DNA of 62,976 bases, the filler included, from Octopus bimaculoides (lineage: Eukaryota), in the NCBI RefSeq assembly GCF_001194135.2. It is 6 parts of 5 records of this genome, joined end to end, with 100 filler letters (N's around TTAATTAATTAA, not from the genome) between each part and the next. Parts side by side here need not be neighbours in the genome. Positions count along the whole stretch, not along the records: positions 1 to 29,986 come from NC_068996.1; 5 more parts are not named here. The stretch is one strand, 5' to 3'. The notes beneath the pieces are model-generated. The model had not been told where the DNA came from. It made no database searches and was given only the letters and a program-made list of their open reading frames with translations. Numbering within the stretch: position 1 is the stretch's first letter; each line of letters opens with the position of its first letter. Of this stretch, positions 1 to 12,914 are shown piece after piece. Position numbers and translations under genes: made by a program.

Positions 1-300
1 ATGGTAGGTGAGGAGAAAAGGGAGGCGGGAAACGGCAGGGCGGGTACGGGGGGAGAGAGCAGATGCACGGTCCACAGAACGTGCTCTGGCAAAGGCGGTG
101 TGGATGGTGGTGGGTGGATATCCACGCAGGCTAAAGTGGCGAGCCATGAGTTGAGACTGAGTCTCAAAGTCATGGCTGTCACTACAAAGTCTGCGTAGAC
201 GGAGGAATTGGGAATAGGGGATGGAAAGTTTTGTGTGTTTAGGGTGGGAGGAGGAGAAGTTGAGATAGGAGTGTGAGTCTGTGTGTTTGTAGTGGATGGA
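1..300 (-). mobile_element. Penelope-like retroelement fragment (RT thumb region), GC-richer family
   Basis: Minus-strand translation IYYKHTDSHSYLNFSSSHPKHTKLSIPYSQFLRLRRLCSDSHDFETQSQLMARHFSLRGYPP matches the PLE thumb signature (KPTD.HSYL..S.HP...K.SIPYSQFLRLRRIC..RGYP). It runs off the window start. Confidence 0.85.
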
Positions 301-379
301 GGTGCTAAGGGCACACACATATATATATGCATATATACATAAATATATGTACATACTTACGTTTATATGTATATATGTA

Positions 380-877
380 TATGCATATATGGGTGCAAGA
401 CGTCACAAAACGTAAACAACACGAAATACGAAAACATGAAATACGAAGGCAAACCTGGGTATGCGACCGAGAGGAACAAATTGAAAACAAGACAAGTAAC
501 ATAAAGAACAACCGTTCACCAACTGATTATCTACTCCACATTTCGAACAATTCACGACGATATATGTCTTCGAGAAACAGTTGCTCCCGGGAACCAAAAT
601 AAAATTTGGGATTTGCAGAGGGTCAAAGTTGGTAACAAAAACAAGACATACGACAAACGAAACGAAACGAAAACAAACAGAGCGGGCCGTTAGACCAGAC
701 GAGGTAAGGTAGCGAATGCTGGGAGAAGAATTTTTGATAAAAGAAAAGATAGGAGGGGAGACAGATAAGAATGCGTCTGGACTGCGCGACAGACTGAAGG
801 AAAAGAAAGATGATCACGTGAGGAAATGAAAGATGAACGATGGTCACGTGTGAGCAATGAGAAAGAGTAAAGGAGGA

Positions 878-930
<53 letters not shown>

Positions 931-1100
931 GAGAGACAGATAGATAGAAAACGGTGAAGGGGAGAAAAAAGAATTAGAGAAAGTATGAGAGAGAGAAAAA
1001 ACGAAAGGGGGAGAAGGGGAGAAAAAAGAATTAGAGAAAGGAAGAGAGAAAAGGGGGATGATTAGTGAATATAATATTTTTTAGCTAAAGGGGTAATCAG
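380..1100 (-). repeat. Putative pseudo-LTR / 3' non-coding part of a Penelope-like element
   Basis: Lies just downstream of the minus-strand PLE ORF. A recognisably homologous block (GAGGGTCAAAGTTG ... AAAGAAAGATG.TCACGTGAGGAAA ... TAGAAAACGGTGAAG) recurs at about 46375-46740, so it is a dispersed repeat. Confidence 0.6.
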
Positions 1101-1289
1101 TGGATATAATATTTCTTAGCTAAAGGGAGGTAAATCCTTTTTTTACCTTTTTTCCGGTTGGTGTTTTATTTGTGAAGTTCATTATATATTTATGTTAAAT
1201 TCTGGTTCGTATTTTTCAATTAATATAGCCTCTTTATTAGTCGTTGTTGAGTTGAGGTCCTTTCCGTGCATTGGCATAGTGGGAATATT

Positions 1290-3185
1290 GTGAATTGTGG
1301 TTGACGTTCTTTAGCACATCTGTCTATGTGACCACTGAGTGGTATTTAACAGCATTGGAGTGGTAGTTTGTTGTCTGTGTAGTGTAGATGTACGTCTTAG
1401 GGACATTCCTGTTGAACCTATATAGTTCCCACTGCAGCCGGAACATATGACGTAGATGAGATTTTCAGAGGTGCAAGTGAAGTCAGTTTTAATTTTAAAT
1501 TTTTGTCCTTGTTTAAAAAGGAATTCTGAGCCTTTCATTAGGTTGGGACATGTTCTACAGTTCGGTCGTCCACTTTTTTAAACTCTTGTTTCCGTTATTT
1601 TTTAGTATAGTTTTGCATTTGTGAGTATCCGCTTTAGTGGTTTGGGCTGTTTGTTACTCTTAATAATTTTATGGGTGTGTAGAATTTCATTCAGCAAAGG
1701 ATCCTTATATAGTACTGGGAGGTTTTGGATAGTAGTGTTATATTCTTCGTTGTTTCTAGGGTTTTATGTGGTTAGGGTTAGTAATATATTTAGAGTGGGT
1801 GTGTTTTTCTTTTGTTTGACCTCTCTTAGTGGTTGTATATTAATTCTTTTAGCATGTTTGCCCCATCGTCTATAAGCGAAGTTGGGTAGTGTCTGTCGAC
1901 GAATATGTTTTTAAGTTCTTGTAGTCTGAGTTCTCTGGTGTCACTTTCCGACACTAAAGGGCAGATTCTTCTCGCTAGATTGAATGGGATATTTATTTTA
2001 ATATGTCTCGGATGGCATGAGCTAAATAATAAGTATTGTTTTGAGTTCGTAGTTTTGTAAAATATGTTGGTTTCTATTTTATTTTTAATTAACTTTGTTG
2101 ATTAGTATATCTACAAAAGTGAGTTGCTTTTTGTTATGTTCCATTACTTTTTTTATTAGTGTATCTAGAAAAGGGATTTCCTTTTTGTTGTGTTCCATTC
2201 CGAATTGTATATTTGTATTTATCCAATTGAGAAGTCATTTGAATTCCGAAAGTTTCTCCATGTTCTCATTCCATAGAATGAAACTGTCATCCAAGTATCT
2301 TTTCCAATCTTCCTTTATGTACTGGGAAAGTGGATATACTATTAGTTCCAAATAGCCCATTGCTAGGTTTGCAAGAACGGAGGCTGTGTTGGTTCCCATC
2401 GAAACTCCAAATTTTTATCAGTATACAGTGGTATCAAAAATGAAGTGATTTTGCTGGAGAATAAATTTTTATGATTAAATTATGAACTCTTTGCTAATAC
2501 GTTCTGGTTTTTCTTCTGAATATTTTTCCAGACAGAACTGAGTTGCTTCTCATCCATAATTATGGGGAGGTATTAGTTTACAGGTTTACAACAGCAAAAG
2601 AGACCATAAGTGTTTTTTCCTTTATTCTTTTTGGGAGGTGGTTTAACATGTCCAAATCATCTCTAATGTAGCTTTTAACGTATTTTAGAAGTAGTTTCAA
2701 GAGGGTGTCAATTAAGTAACTCAGTCGGTGCGTTTCACAGGGTGGACCGGCTATAATGAACCTATAATGAGTCTTAGTTTAAGGTCTCCTCGTGTTGGTA
2801 TATGTATGCATGACTTCCGTGATTTTTTTAATTGCTTCATGAATTTTATGAATTTTCGGTAAGCCATAACAAAGGCTGGGTTTACATTTAAAATTAGTTA
2901 TGTAGTCTATTTCTTTTTTCGTCAGGCCTTTTTCGTGTAGTTGAACTAATGTCGAGAGATTTTTCATTATTCTTTGAGGATTGTAGTCTTCGATCTTTTC
3001 GTAGTAGTCTTCATTATCCAGCATGGATACTACTAGGTTTTTGTAGTAGTCCGTGTCCATCACTACTACCGCACTCCCTTTATCGGCTTCTTTAATTGTT
3101 AATTCCTCATCATTTCGTAATTCAGTTAACTCTTGCCGTTGGGTAGTGCTGAAATTTGAGTTAATTTTTTATTTGTGTAAGGTGT
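1290..3185 (-). mobile_element. Degenerate Penelope-like retroelement ORF: RT plus C-terminal GIY-YIG endonuclease
   Basis: Minus strand shows IKEADKGSAVVVMD (RT N-terminus), YGLPKIHK, GVSMGTNTASVLANLAMGYLE, the YLDD catalytic motif (about 2286-2300) and NLIYVICSGCSGNYIGSTG (GIY-YIG, 1311-1538). It carries multiple stops and frameshifts. Confidence 0.92.
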
Positions 3186-4519
3186 TCTCGCCATAAAGGT
3201 TTATCTGTCTTTTTCAAGCAAGAAAATAAAGCTTGTTTTAGTACTGACCTTAATGTACTCATGCAAAAACTAGGACACGTGCATGTGGCTAACGAATGGA
3301 GATTATTTATAGACTCGAGTAAGGTTAGCCTCAAAGCTGTGTTGTTACATAATGGTAATGAAAAACCTTCTATTCCTGCGGGTCATGTCAGTATGGAAGA
3401 AACTTGTGAGTCGATGGAACTCATTCTGAAAGAAGTTAATTATTCAGTTCATAAGTGGAATATTTGTGGTGATTTAAAGGTGATTTCCTAGGACTGCAGC
3501 TGGGATATACCAGAAATATATGCTTCTTGTGTGTTTGGAATAGCCATGATGACAGCAACCATTACATTGTAAAGAGTGGCCTAAAAGAGATGAGCGCATA
3601 GTTCATCGGTACAATGTGCAGTATATGCTACTGGTAGACGCGTAAAAGATCTTCCTTCCACCCCTTCACATCCAACTTGGCCTCATGAAAAACTATGACA
3701 CACGATGGTTGTGGCTTCCAGTACCTAGAAGTAAAATTTGGTGCAGAGAAAAGTGACGCAAAACTGAAAGCAGGCATTTTCATTGGACCTGAGATCAGAG
3801 AATTGATATCTGATAGTAAATTCAGAGGTAAACTGAATCCAGTTGAGCTGACGGCATGAGATTTATTCGTGTTAGTTGTATAGAACTTTCTTGGAAATCA
3901 TAGAGTTGAAAACTATGCTGATTTAATAAACAACATGTTAACAGCGTGTGAAAGAATGGGATGCCGAATGTCCCTTAAAATGCACTTCTTGCATTCTCAT
4001 CTCGAATTTTTCCAACGAATCTTGGTGCCCTTAGTGATGAGCATGATGAGAGGTTCCACCAGGACATATCTGAGATGGAAACGCGGTATCAAGGCCGGTT
4101 CAATCTACGCATGATGGGCGACTACTGCTGGTTCCTACAACAGAAGACCAACACGATGCATAACCCAAAAAGCAAATGTGTCAAACGTTTCTGAACTGAG
4201 CATATCAAAAATAAAGTGAGTATTCCTTTAAAATAAATATACTATGTACCATTATGTTATATTATTTACCTTGAACATAAATTTACTACATACAGTACTA
4301 ATATACTATAATAATAATTATTATTTACCTTGAACTTAACTCTTCCTGATTCTAATATATTTAAATATATAATTATGCGCATAACTCAAAATCCTGACGT
4401 GCTATAGCAGTTCTGAGTTCAGATTCGGAATCAGCATACTCGATTTAGTTTGGTACAGCACCATTTCTCTGGGTAACAGACAATAGATCTTTTTTTTTTA
4501 TTATTATTTTTGTCTAGTG
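3186..4519 (+). mobile_element. 5'-truncated DNA transposon remnant, Chapaev3-like (CMC) transposase pseudogene with right end
   Basis: Frameshifted motifs WRLFIDSSKVSLKAVLLHNGN, ICGDLKV, GYTRNICFLCVW, LPPLHIQLGLMK, GIFIGPEIREL, MSLKMHFLHSHLEFF, LSDEHDERFHQDI, MMGDYCW, with stop at 4192-4194. The 3' terminus reads ...TTTTTGTCTAGTG (4519), consistent with CAC...GTG ends. The family name comes from remembered motifs. Confidence 0.75.
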
Positions 4520-4624
4520 TAATGATTATTACTATGATTTTTTCTTTAAATGAAATTTACTTAATACTGTTTGCTGAGTATATTAATTAGCAACTACGGC
4601 TTTGTACACTATACATTAATAATC

Positions 4625-4800
4625 CTTCCTACTATAGGCACAAGGCCACACATTTTGGGGGCAAGGGCTTAGTTGATATGATCGACCCATCCACTGCACG
4701 ACTGATATTTAATTTATCGTCCCCGAAAGGATGAAAGGCGAAGTCGACCTCGGCGGAATTTCAACTCAGAACGTAAAGACGGACGAAAGGCCGCTAAGCT
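4625..4800 (-). mobile_element. SINE family A (tRNA-related, core GCCTTTCATCCTTTCGGGGTCGATAAA..AGTACCAG)
   Basis: Reverse complement of the core shared with many other copies in this window. Confidence 0.85.
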
Positions 4801-4833
4801 TACTACTGCTGCTGCTGCTGCTGCTGTTGATGT

Positions 4834-4865
<32 letters not shown>

Positions 4866-4895
4866 CTACTTTTGCTGCTGCTGCTGCTGCTGCTG

Positions 4896-4978
<83 letters not shown>
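4800..4978. repeat. Compound trinucleotide microsatellite (CTG)n(CTA)n(ATA)n running into an N gap
   Basis: Directly visible. It explains the poly-L/poly-I ORF calls. Confidence 0.95.
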
Positions 4979-5629
4979 NNNNNNNNNNNNNNNNNNNNNN
5001 NNNNNNNNNNNNNNNNNNNNNNNNNNNNNNNNNNNNNNNNNNNNNNNNNNNNNNNNNNNNNNNNNNNNNNNNNNNNNNNNNNNNNNNNNNNNNNNNNNNN
5101 NNNNNNNNNNNNNNNNNNNNNNNNNNNNNNNNNNNNNNNNNNNNNNNNNNNNNNNNNNNNNNNNNNNNNNNNNNNNNNNNNNNNNNNNNNNNNNNNNNNN
5201 NNNNNNNNNNNNNNNNNNNNNNNNNNNNNNNNNNNNNNNNNNNNNNNNNNNNNNNNNNNNNNNNNNNNNNNNNNNNNNNNNNNNNNNNNNNNNNNNNNNN
5301 NNNNNNNNNNNNNNNNNNNNNNNNNNNNNNNNNNNNNNNNNNNNNNNNNNNNNNNNNNNNNNNNNNNNNNNNNNNNNNNNNNNNNNNNNNNNNNNNNNNN
5401 NNNNNNNNNNNNNNNNNNNNNNNNNNNNNNNNNNNNNNNNNNNNNNNNNNNNNNNNNNNNNNNNNNNNNNNNNNNNNNNNNNNNNNNNNNNNNNNNNNNN
5501 NNNNNNNNNNNNNNNNNNNNNNNNNNNNNNNNNNNNNNNNNNNNNNNNNNNNNNNNNNNNNNNNNNNNNNNNNNNNNNNNNNNNNNNNNNNNNNNNNNNN
5601 NNNNNNNNNNNNNNNNNNNNNNNNGTGTG

Positions 5630-6550
5630 ATATCTGTATGGTTGTATATGTGACCCATTAGTTCTTTATTGTTCGTGTTTACTGTTGTGCAGTTCAAAAT
5701 GTTTAAGATGTGCCATCTAAAAGTTGTGTGTGTGTGGATTGAATTGTGCTTGTGATGGTGGGGTCTGTGATAATAGTGGTGATGCTGGTAATGATGGGGG
5801 ATGATGTTGTTGTTGACGGCATTGGTGTGGGGGGGTCCTCCTCTGAGGCGAATCTCACTTCGACAATCCAATATCCCCCCCCCCCATAACCCACTGGCTT
5901 GTATGTTTTGTTCTTCCAAATTGTTCTTCAAGGGATTTTTTCAATTTGCTGCTGTATTACCTCGTTTACTCTTCTACTTTTGGTTCCAGTCGTCTTATAT
6001 AGAACTGTCCGTAAATTAATTTCTTGCAACACTGTTCTAGGAATATTTAGTACCACATTTTCTCCTCATTTCTCCAGCATACATTTAGCAGTTTTGAATT
6101 CACTTTCGTTTATAAAAAATATCTCCGCTTATTTCTAGAGTCGCTTGCATAAAATCCATAAGAGAGGATATGCTTAATTCGTTTTCTTTGTTGTCTTTTT
6201 TGTTAATGATGTTGTTGGTAATGGTGATTGGTTTTCTGTTGCTACTGGCACTGGTGATAGAGGTGGCACTGTTTTCACTGGTGTTTTTTTTTTTTTTGCT
6301 TTTCGTTGCCATTAATTTCTTTTTTGTCCCTGCGATGATGAAGGTGGTGTTGAAAGCCACCAAAAGCTTCTTTCATACACTTCACTTGTGCTATTGTTGA
6401 TATTGTTGCTGCTGTTTCTGATGTTGTTGCTACTACTGCTGCTGCTGCTAAAGCTGTGATTGTCTTTTACGACTTGGCTGTTCTCTTTTCCGGATGACCG
6501 GCTGTTCTTTCCGGCGGACGAACAATTCTCGTTCGTCATCTCTTTTTTTT
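5630..6550 (-). mobile_element. Degenerate ORF1-like fragment of a LINE (uncertain family)
   Basis: Interrupted minus-strand reading ...SISSLMDFMQATLEISGDIF...YKPVGYGGGGYWIVEVRFASEE. It has a low-complexity N-rich lead-in followed by an SSL..MDF segment, as at 27330-28250. Confidence 0.35.
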
Positions 6551-7539
6551 TTCTTTCAGCAAAAAATGAGGGCTAAGGATGGCACGTATTAATGACGGAG
6601 CCACCTTATCTGTAAACAAGATAAAAAAGGTAAAAAGAGAGTCACTTACTGTAATGTGTTTTTTCAATGACAATGACAATATTGGCCAAGGTTACCGTGG
6701 TCTTTTCCGTAGGCTTTTCTTTCCATGGATAAACCTAAACTGTTCCCCCCTTTTACACCAGAACATTGCTGCGATACACGATCTCTATTTGATCGCCCTT
6801 TTTTTCCCCTCTCTCTCTTTACGATCCCTTTTGATCGAAAATCTACCACCCCTTTTTCTTTTTTTTCTTCTCTCTCTCCTTCCCATTACCAAAAAGAAAA
6901 GCTCTTCTTTGTACCTTGTCCCCTCTGTGTTGAGCCCTGTGTGGCTAATAAAGAAACATATCTTAGCCTAAACAAACACCGAAATAACCGCTAAGGGCTA
7001 CATATGAAGAACTAACCAGTTCCTCAAGGTCCTAGTTAGTTTACTTATGTAACAATAACAAATGTATAATAATCTGTAACAATATGAATAACAACAAATT
7101 TACGGGAGTGATGTGTCGATAGACGACCAACAACAACAACAACACTAATAATAAATTAATTAATAACTAGTAATAAATATATTTACTAATAAACATTAAT
7201 AACTTTAATTATAACAGCTTTAATAATCTTAATATTAATTATAAATCAGACTTTATTTCCCTTCACTGCTAAATATTTCATTGCTAATATTAAAGATAAT
7301 GAAGCAGATTAGAAAATGTTGGTAAGCTTTTTAATTCTTCCTTCTTTTTTTTTTATTCATTATTTAGCGCCGCAGTTTAACTATTTGTGGTCATTTTTTA
7401 AAACATGGTTAATTCCTCGATAAAATTCCACATGTTTTTCTTTTCTTCCTTGCCTGAGTCAATATATTTCCCAGATAATCTTTAATGAAATGTATTTTAA
7501 ACAAATTTTAATTAAATATTCCATATAAACATGCTAATA

Positions 7540-7980
7540 CAAAATTGGTTTCAAATTTTGGCACAATGCCAACAATTTCGAGGATCAGTCGAGGGTAAGT
7601 CGATTATTTTGAGCTCACACTACCAGACTGGTACTTGTAATATAGATCCCGAAATGATGAAAGGCAAAATCGATTTTGGCGGAATTTGAACAAAGAAAGT
7701 GAAGACCTGACAGAAATGCTGCTAAGCCACTTCTGCCCGACATGCTAACGGTTCTGCCAGTTCGCCGCTTTAATATTGGTTTCAAATTTTAGCACAGGGC
7801 CATCAATTTCGGAGCAGGGGATAAGTCGATTACATTGACCTCAATGCCCGACGGGAACTTATTTTATCAATCCCGGGAGGATGAAAGACAAAGTCGACCT
7901 TGGCGGTATTTGAACTCAGGACATAAAGACAGACGAGAGCCCGTTAAGTATTTTGCTCGGCGCGTTAACAATTTCGTTAA
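7540..7980 (-). mobile_element. Two adjacent SINE family A copies
   Basis: Two consecutive reverse-complement matches to the family A core (GGATGAAAG.CAAAGTCGACCT.GGCGG.ATTTGAAC). Confidence 0.8.
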
Positions 7981-8648
7981 CTATCCACCATAACCTATCA
8001 ATATAATATAGCGTCACGTTCTCTCATTTTCTTTGAACCATAAACACTTATGATTTTTTTAATAAACCATATGGCTTACATAAATCTACTTCTCCTTGTA
8101 ATTAATAAACCTAGTAAATTTTAGTATTTCTTAACTTTTCTAAATTAATCATTCTATTATCTCAGTTTCACTTAAATTCCCAATAGAACTCACACCAAAC
8201 TACAGCTTACATACATGTTATCGCGCACTTCATTACTAATTATTTTTAGTTTCATTTCTATTCTATTTATTTTTATAACACATTTCTTAGTGAGTGTATA
8301 CTACGTAACATATGTGTATGTATGTCATTATTCAGTTTTATTTCAAGATTTCTTGCCAATAGAGAAAGAACCGGTTTCTAACCAAGATCCAAGGCTTCTT
8401 CAGTGAAATTTCAACATCAACAACAGGGTATTTTTGTATATGTGTATGTATGGATACGTATGTATTGTCATGCATATAGTTGCATATCTAGACGTGCTCG
8501 TATATATTTAAATGATAAACTTCTGAAAAGTTTTATAGATTTTTACTGTTCCAGTAATGGATTGGATCTGTAGTCTTGGAATCAGATTTCTCCTTTCTGG
8601 TTTTGAGAAGCCTAATTTCTCAAGATTGGTATTTAGGTAGTGTGTTAC

Positions 8649-8679
<31 letters not shown>

Positions 8680-9199
8680 TGTATGTATATATGTATGTAT
8701 TTATATGTATATGCATACAATTTTGTCAAAAACTACGATCAAAAGAATTCTTCCTAAATGGTAGTCAAGGTGGTGCCCCAGCATGGCCGCAGTTTAATGA
8801 CTGAAACAAGTACAAAAGTAAACTTATTTTGTTTATGACTAGTGACTCCTTTATACAAAATAAAAGTAAGCATACTCGTTTCAAAACATCGAAATAGCCT
8901 AACAGAGGATGAGGTCAATTATTTAACTAACTTCGCAGTAAAGACCAGTAACTTTTATGGACTACCTAGACTCTATTAATCGAAAGAAATTTTAGATAAC
9001 GTAAAACGGACCCCCACCCCACCCAATATATGTCGAAATTCCAAAAGCTACAGAGTTGAAATTACATCCAATCATTGCAGAACCAACATCAAATACACAA
9101 GGTGGTGCCCCAGCATGGCTGCAGGAGTCACAAGTTAAAAACAAAATAAGTTGAGCTTGTAAAAGACTCAGAATTTTGCTGGAAACTTCGAATAAAGAA

Positions 9200-9700
9200 A
9201 TTCTCATTAAATACTGGATATACGGATGAATCTATAGTCAAAAGCAAAACAGGATTCAAACTTCTCTGAAACAGAGACAAACCTTTATACAAAATGATGC
9301 CAAACTTTGTCCGAGGTGATATGGACTTTCAAAATTCACATGTGAGAGTGCACATCTGGAGACAATTCTCATTAGTTTTGATGCGACTAGTTTATACACC
9401 AATATTTCGCATGTCTAGGAACTGAAGGCATAAATTTCTATTTGATAAGGAAAGATTCCCAAACATTTTATTTGAGAAGTATTTAAATCAATACTTGGAA
9501 ACAATTACTTCTTTAACAATGACTTATGTTTGCAAGTAAAAGGAACAGTGATGGATACAAAAGTAGACCATACTTACGCAACACTCGTAACGGGTTCCTT
9601 AGAGGACAAACTCTATTCTCAACTAGCACAAACATTTAATCAACAATTCTCCATTTACATAAAAAGTAATTATATTTTAGAATGAAATGGGATTTGTAGA
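9200..9700 (+). mobile_element. Degenerate PLE reverse-transcriptase fragment
   Basis: LISFDATSLYTNISH ... NNYFFNNDLCLQVKGTVMDTKVDHTYATLVTGSLEDKLY correspond to RT motifs A and B of PLEs. Confidence 0.8.
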
Positions 9701-10619
9701 CACCTAATGATTTATAAACATCTAATTATGAAAGTGGGAAAGCAATTTCTATTCATTTTATATATATGTATATATATATATATATATNNNNNNNNNNNNN
9801 NNNNNNNNNNNNNNNNNNNNNNNNNNNNNNNNNNNNNNNNNNNNNNNNNNNNNNNNNNNNNNNNNNNNNNNNNNNNNNNNNNNNNNNNNNNNNNNNNNNN
9901 NNNNNNNNNNNNNNNNNNNNNNNNNNNNNNNNNNNNNNNNNNNNNNNNNNNNNNNNNNNNNNNNNNNNNNNNNNNNNNNNNNNNNNNNNNNNNNNNNNNN
10001 NNNNNNNNNNNNNNNNNNNNNNNNNNNNNNNNNNNNNNNNNNNNNNNNNNNNNNNNNNNNNNNNNNNNNNNNNNNNNNNNNNNNNNNNNNNNNNNNNNNN
10101 NNNNNNNNNNNNNNNNNNNNNNNNNNNNNNNNNNNNNNNNNNNNNNNNNNNNNNNNNNNNNNNNNNNNNNNNNNNNNNNNNNNNNNNNNNNNNNNNNNNN
10201 NNNNNNNNNNNNNNNNNNNNNNNNNNNNNNNNNNNNNNNNNNNNNNNNNNNNNNNNNNNNNNNNNNNNNNNNNNNNNNNNNNNNNNNNNNNNNNNNNNGA
10301 TATTTTTACAAAAATTAATAAAGAACCCGAGTGTATTGAATAAAGGCTTTGTTCTTTGTGAGTCTTACGTTTATTTCTAGCACAAGAGCTATTGCGGCAA
10401 TCTTCCAGAAAGGATTCAGTGGTCACTTTCCACCGAAATCTTTAGTGGCCATCCTTCTCAAAGGCTTTTTGCAGTCATCGAAGAATACAAACAGATTTCT
10501 AGTGTACAAGAATGAATCCCATTTGTTCATAGGACTAAACTTTAAAAGAAGCAACAAGATGACTAATCGTTAGCAACTAAAATAATAGAATATTTATTTT
10601 ATCGAACAGGGACGAAAAT

Positions 10620-10661
<42 letters not shown>

Positions 10662-11454
10662 AAAGCAAGTCCTGGTGTCTCAACATTTATGACAACCTAC
10701 GATGTAAGAGCTCCTACATAGTCACTATACCAGCAAAAAATGGCAGCTAAATCTCTTTTAAAACCATACCATGACATTAACAGAGAAGAACGCACTAGAT
10801 AATGGAGTCACTGGTATATTATATCTGAGAAAGACGGGGTAGTCACGGTTGGAACACCTCTGGTTATACGTTGTCATTGTCTTGTCTGATAAATGGCTAT
10901 ACAACAACAACCATAGCTTGGCTATCGTTCAAGACAAAATCATACACACATCGTATGCCTTGATTAATTTCATGTGTGTGTATAAGTGAGTATGTGCGTG
11001 AATATGTGTGTGGAGGTGCGTGTATGAGTGCATGTGTGTATGAATGTGTGTGTATGTGTTTGTATGGAGTATATAAATAGTTAAATGTGTGTATAACATG
11101 TGTATGAATAATATAGGGTTTGTGTATGTAAGTGTATAAATGTTTGTGTGTGAGCGTGTGTATATGTGTATGTGTTTGGGTTTGTATGAGCGTGTGCATA
11201 CAAGCGTATGTGTATGGATTTGTATGGGTGACTGAATAGTTTAATGTGTGTGTGCATATGTATGCGTGAGCATGTGTATTCGTGCGTATGAACAGTTTAA
11301 TGTGTGTGTATATGTGTGTATATGTGTGTATATGTATATGTATAAGCGTGCTTATGTATGAGTGCTTGTGTGTAAGGGAGATGTGAATGAATAATTGACT
11401 AATTTCATTCGAGTTTATGGTTCGTACATAATTTATTTTGTTTTCTACCTTTCA

Positions 11455-11492
<38 letters not shown>

Positions 11493-11625
11493 TTATTTAT
11501 TTATTTATTTATTTATTATTTTGCAAGGCTTGCCAATTCACATGTGAGTGAAGAAATTAGAGGAATATTTTGCTTTCATATTTGGTTTGCAGCTTCTTGA
11601 TGTGAAATCGCATATTGAAACAGAC

Positions 11626-11680
<55 letters not shown>

Positions 11681-12009
11681 TGTTGTTGTTGTTGTTGTTG
11701 TTGTTGCTGTATCTTGAGTAGGGTCAATGCGTGTGTTTATTGTTGGCATCATGACCCTCCCAAGATACAACAACAATATTAAAGGAGCTTAATGTGAATA
11801 TCCAATAATTTCTCTTCTGTTCCTAACATTTCTGATATCCGGCATAATTCAGCACACTTAACGAAAAAAAGAAAAGGAACAGAAGGGAAAAAAAAGAAAA
11901 AATGATAAAGAATTTCTCATTGCAATAAACTAAGAACTCATTTCACCATTTCTTAAGAACCAACTAACCATCAAGTTCAATCATTTTTCCTTTTCTCCTT
12001 TTTTTTTTA

Positions 12010-12175
12010 TGATTGGTTATTCTATTCCAGATGCCTTGTATAATTTTCGAGTGTTGAGAATTCGATCTCATTGGCTGATTGCAGAGTTAGATTTGTCGTG
12101 TAAATTGATTTCATTTTTTTCTTTTCTTTATTCATCCCGCCCCCTTCCCTCGTCACAACTAGATTCATTGGAACG
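12010..12175 (+). promoter_or_regulatory. Candidate promoter (three inverted CCAAT boxes and a GC box)
   Basis: ATTGG at 12012, 12070 and 12167 and CCCGCCCCC at 12136-12144, in non-repetitive sequence just upstream of an ATG at 12217. Confidence 0.3.
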
Positions 12176-12216
12176 GAACTTCATGCTTCATAAATACAAG
12201 CGTCTAAAGAGGACGC

Positions 12217-12307
12217 ATGCGTGCTGTCATCACGAAATACCATTCCCAGAACGATTACAAATCCAAATCACTTATACTGACGAATGATAAATCTTGTACT
12301 AAGAATG
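12217..12307 (+). CDS. Candidate first coding exon of an unidentified gene (MRAVITKYHSQNDYKSKSLILTNDKSCTKN)
   Basis: ATG at 12217, donor G|GTGTGT at 12308, phase 1, compatible with the candidate exon at 12853. No recognisable homology. Confidence 0.22.
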
Positions 12308-12635
12308 GTGTGTGTGTATGTGTGTGTGTCTATATANNNNNNNNNNNNNNNNNNNNNNNNNNNNNNNNNNNNNNNNNNNNNNNNNNNNNNNNNNNNNNNN
12401 NNNNNNNNNNNNNNNNNNNNNNNNNNNNNNNNNNNNNNNNNNNNNNNNNNNNNNNNNNNNNNNNNNNNNNNNNNNNNNNNNNNNNNNNNNNNNNNNNNNN
12501 NNNNNNNNNNNNNNNNNNNNNNNNNNNNNNNNNNNNNNNNNNNNNNNNNNNNNNNNNNNNNNNNNNNNNNNNNNNNNNNNNNNNNNNNNNNNNNNNNNNN
12601 NNNNNNNNNNNNNNNNNNNNNNNNNNNNNNNNNNN

Positions 12636-12670
<35 letters not shown>

Positions 12671-12852
12671 ATAATAAATCTCTGAGCGAGATGTAAACAG
12701 TAACAGCACGACATCGTGAAGTATATTTGCCACCTAAATTTCCCACTTTCATGATTTATTATTGCTTGTTTCTCCTTTTTCGAGATCAGCGATCGTTTGT
12801 CACTGGAAAAACCATATAGTATTTTGCGTTTGGAATTAGTTCTCGTTCCTAG

Positions 12853-12914
12853 CTGTTGATCGTCACACGCTGATGACAGGTTACTACCCAGAAACCCAGG
12901 TCCCTATGTATCAC
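12853..12914 (+). CDS. Candidate internal exon (A-VDRHTLMTGYYPETQVPMYH)
   Basis: Acceptor TTCTCGTTCCTAG| and strong donor CAC|GTAAGG. Only the phase-1 frame is open across the 62 bp. Confidence 0.35.

Noticed and set aside
540-595. Hammerhead-like core (xxGAAGA...GAAA...GTA) on the minus strand, also at about 46305-46365
   Set aside because: Both copies deviate in the core and lack consistent stems.
10381-10515. Possible exon after TTTATTTCTAG (HKSYCGNLPERIQWSLSTEIFSGHPSQRLFAVIEEYKQISSVQE*, or the frame with GFSGHFPP resembling an aquaporin SGGHxNP box)
   Set aside because: No donor or partner exon, no NPA, two frames open, and it lies on a different scaffold piece from the aquaporin exon.
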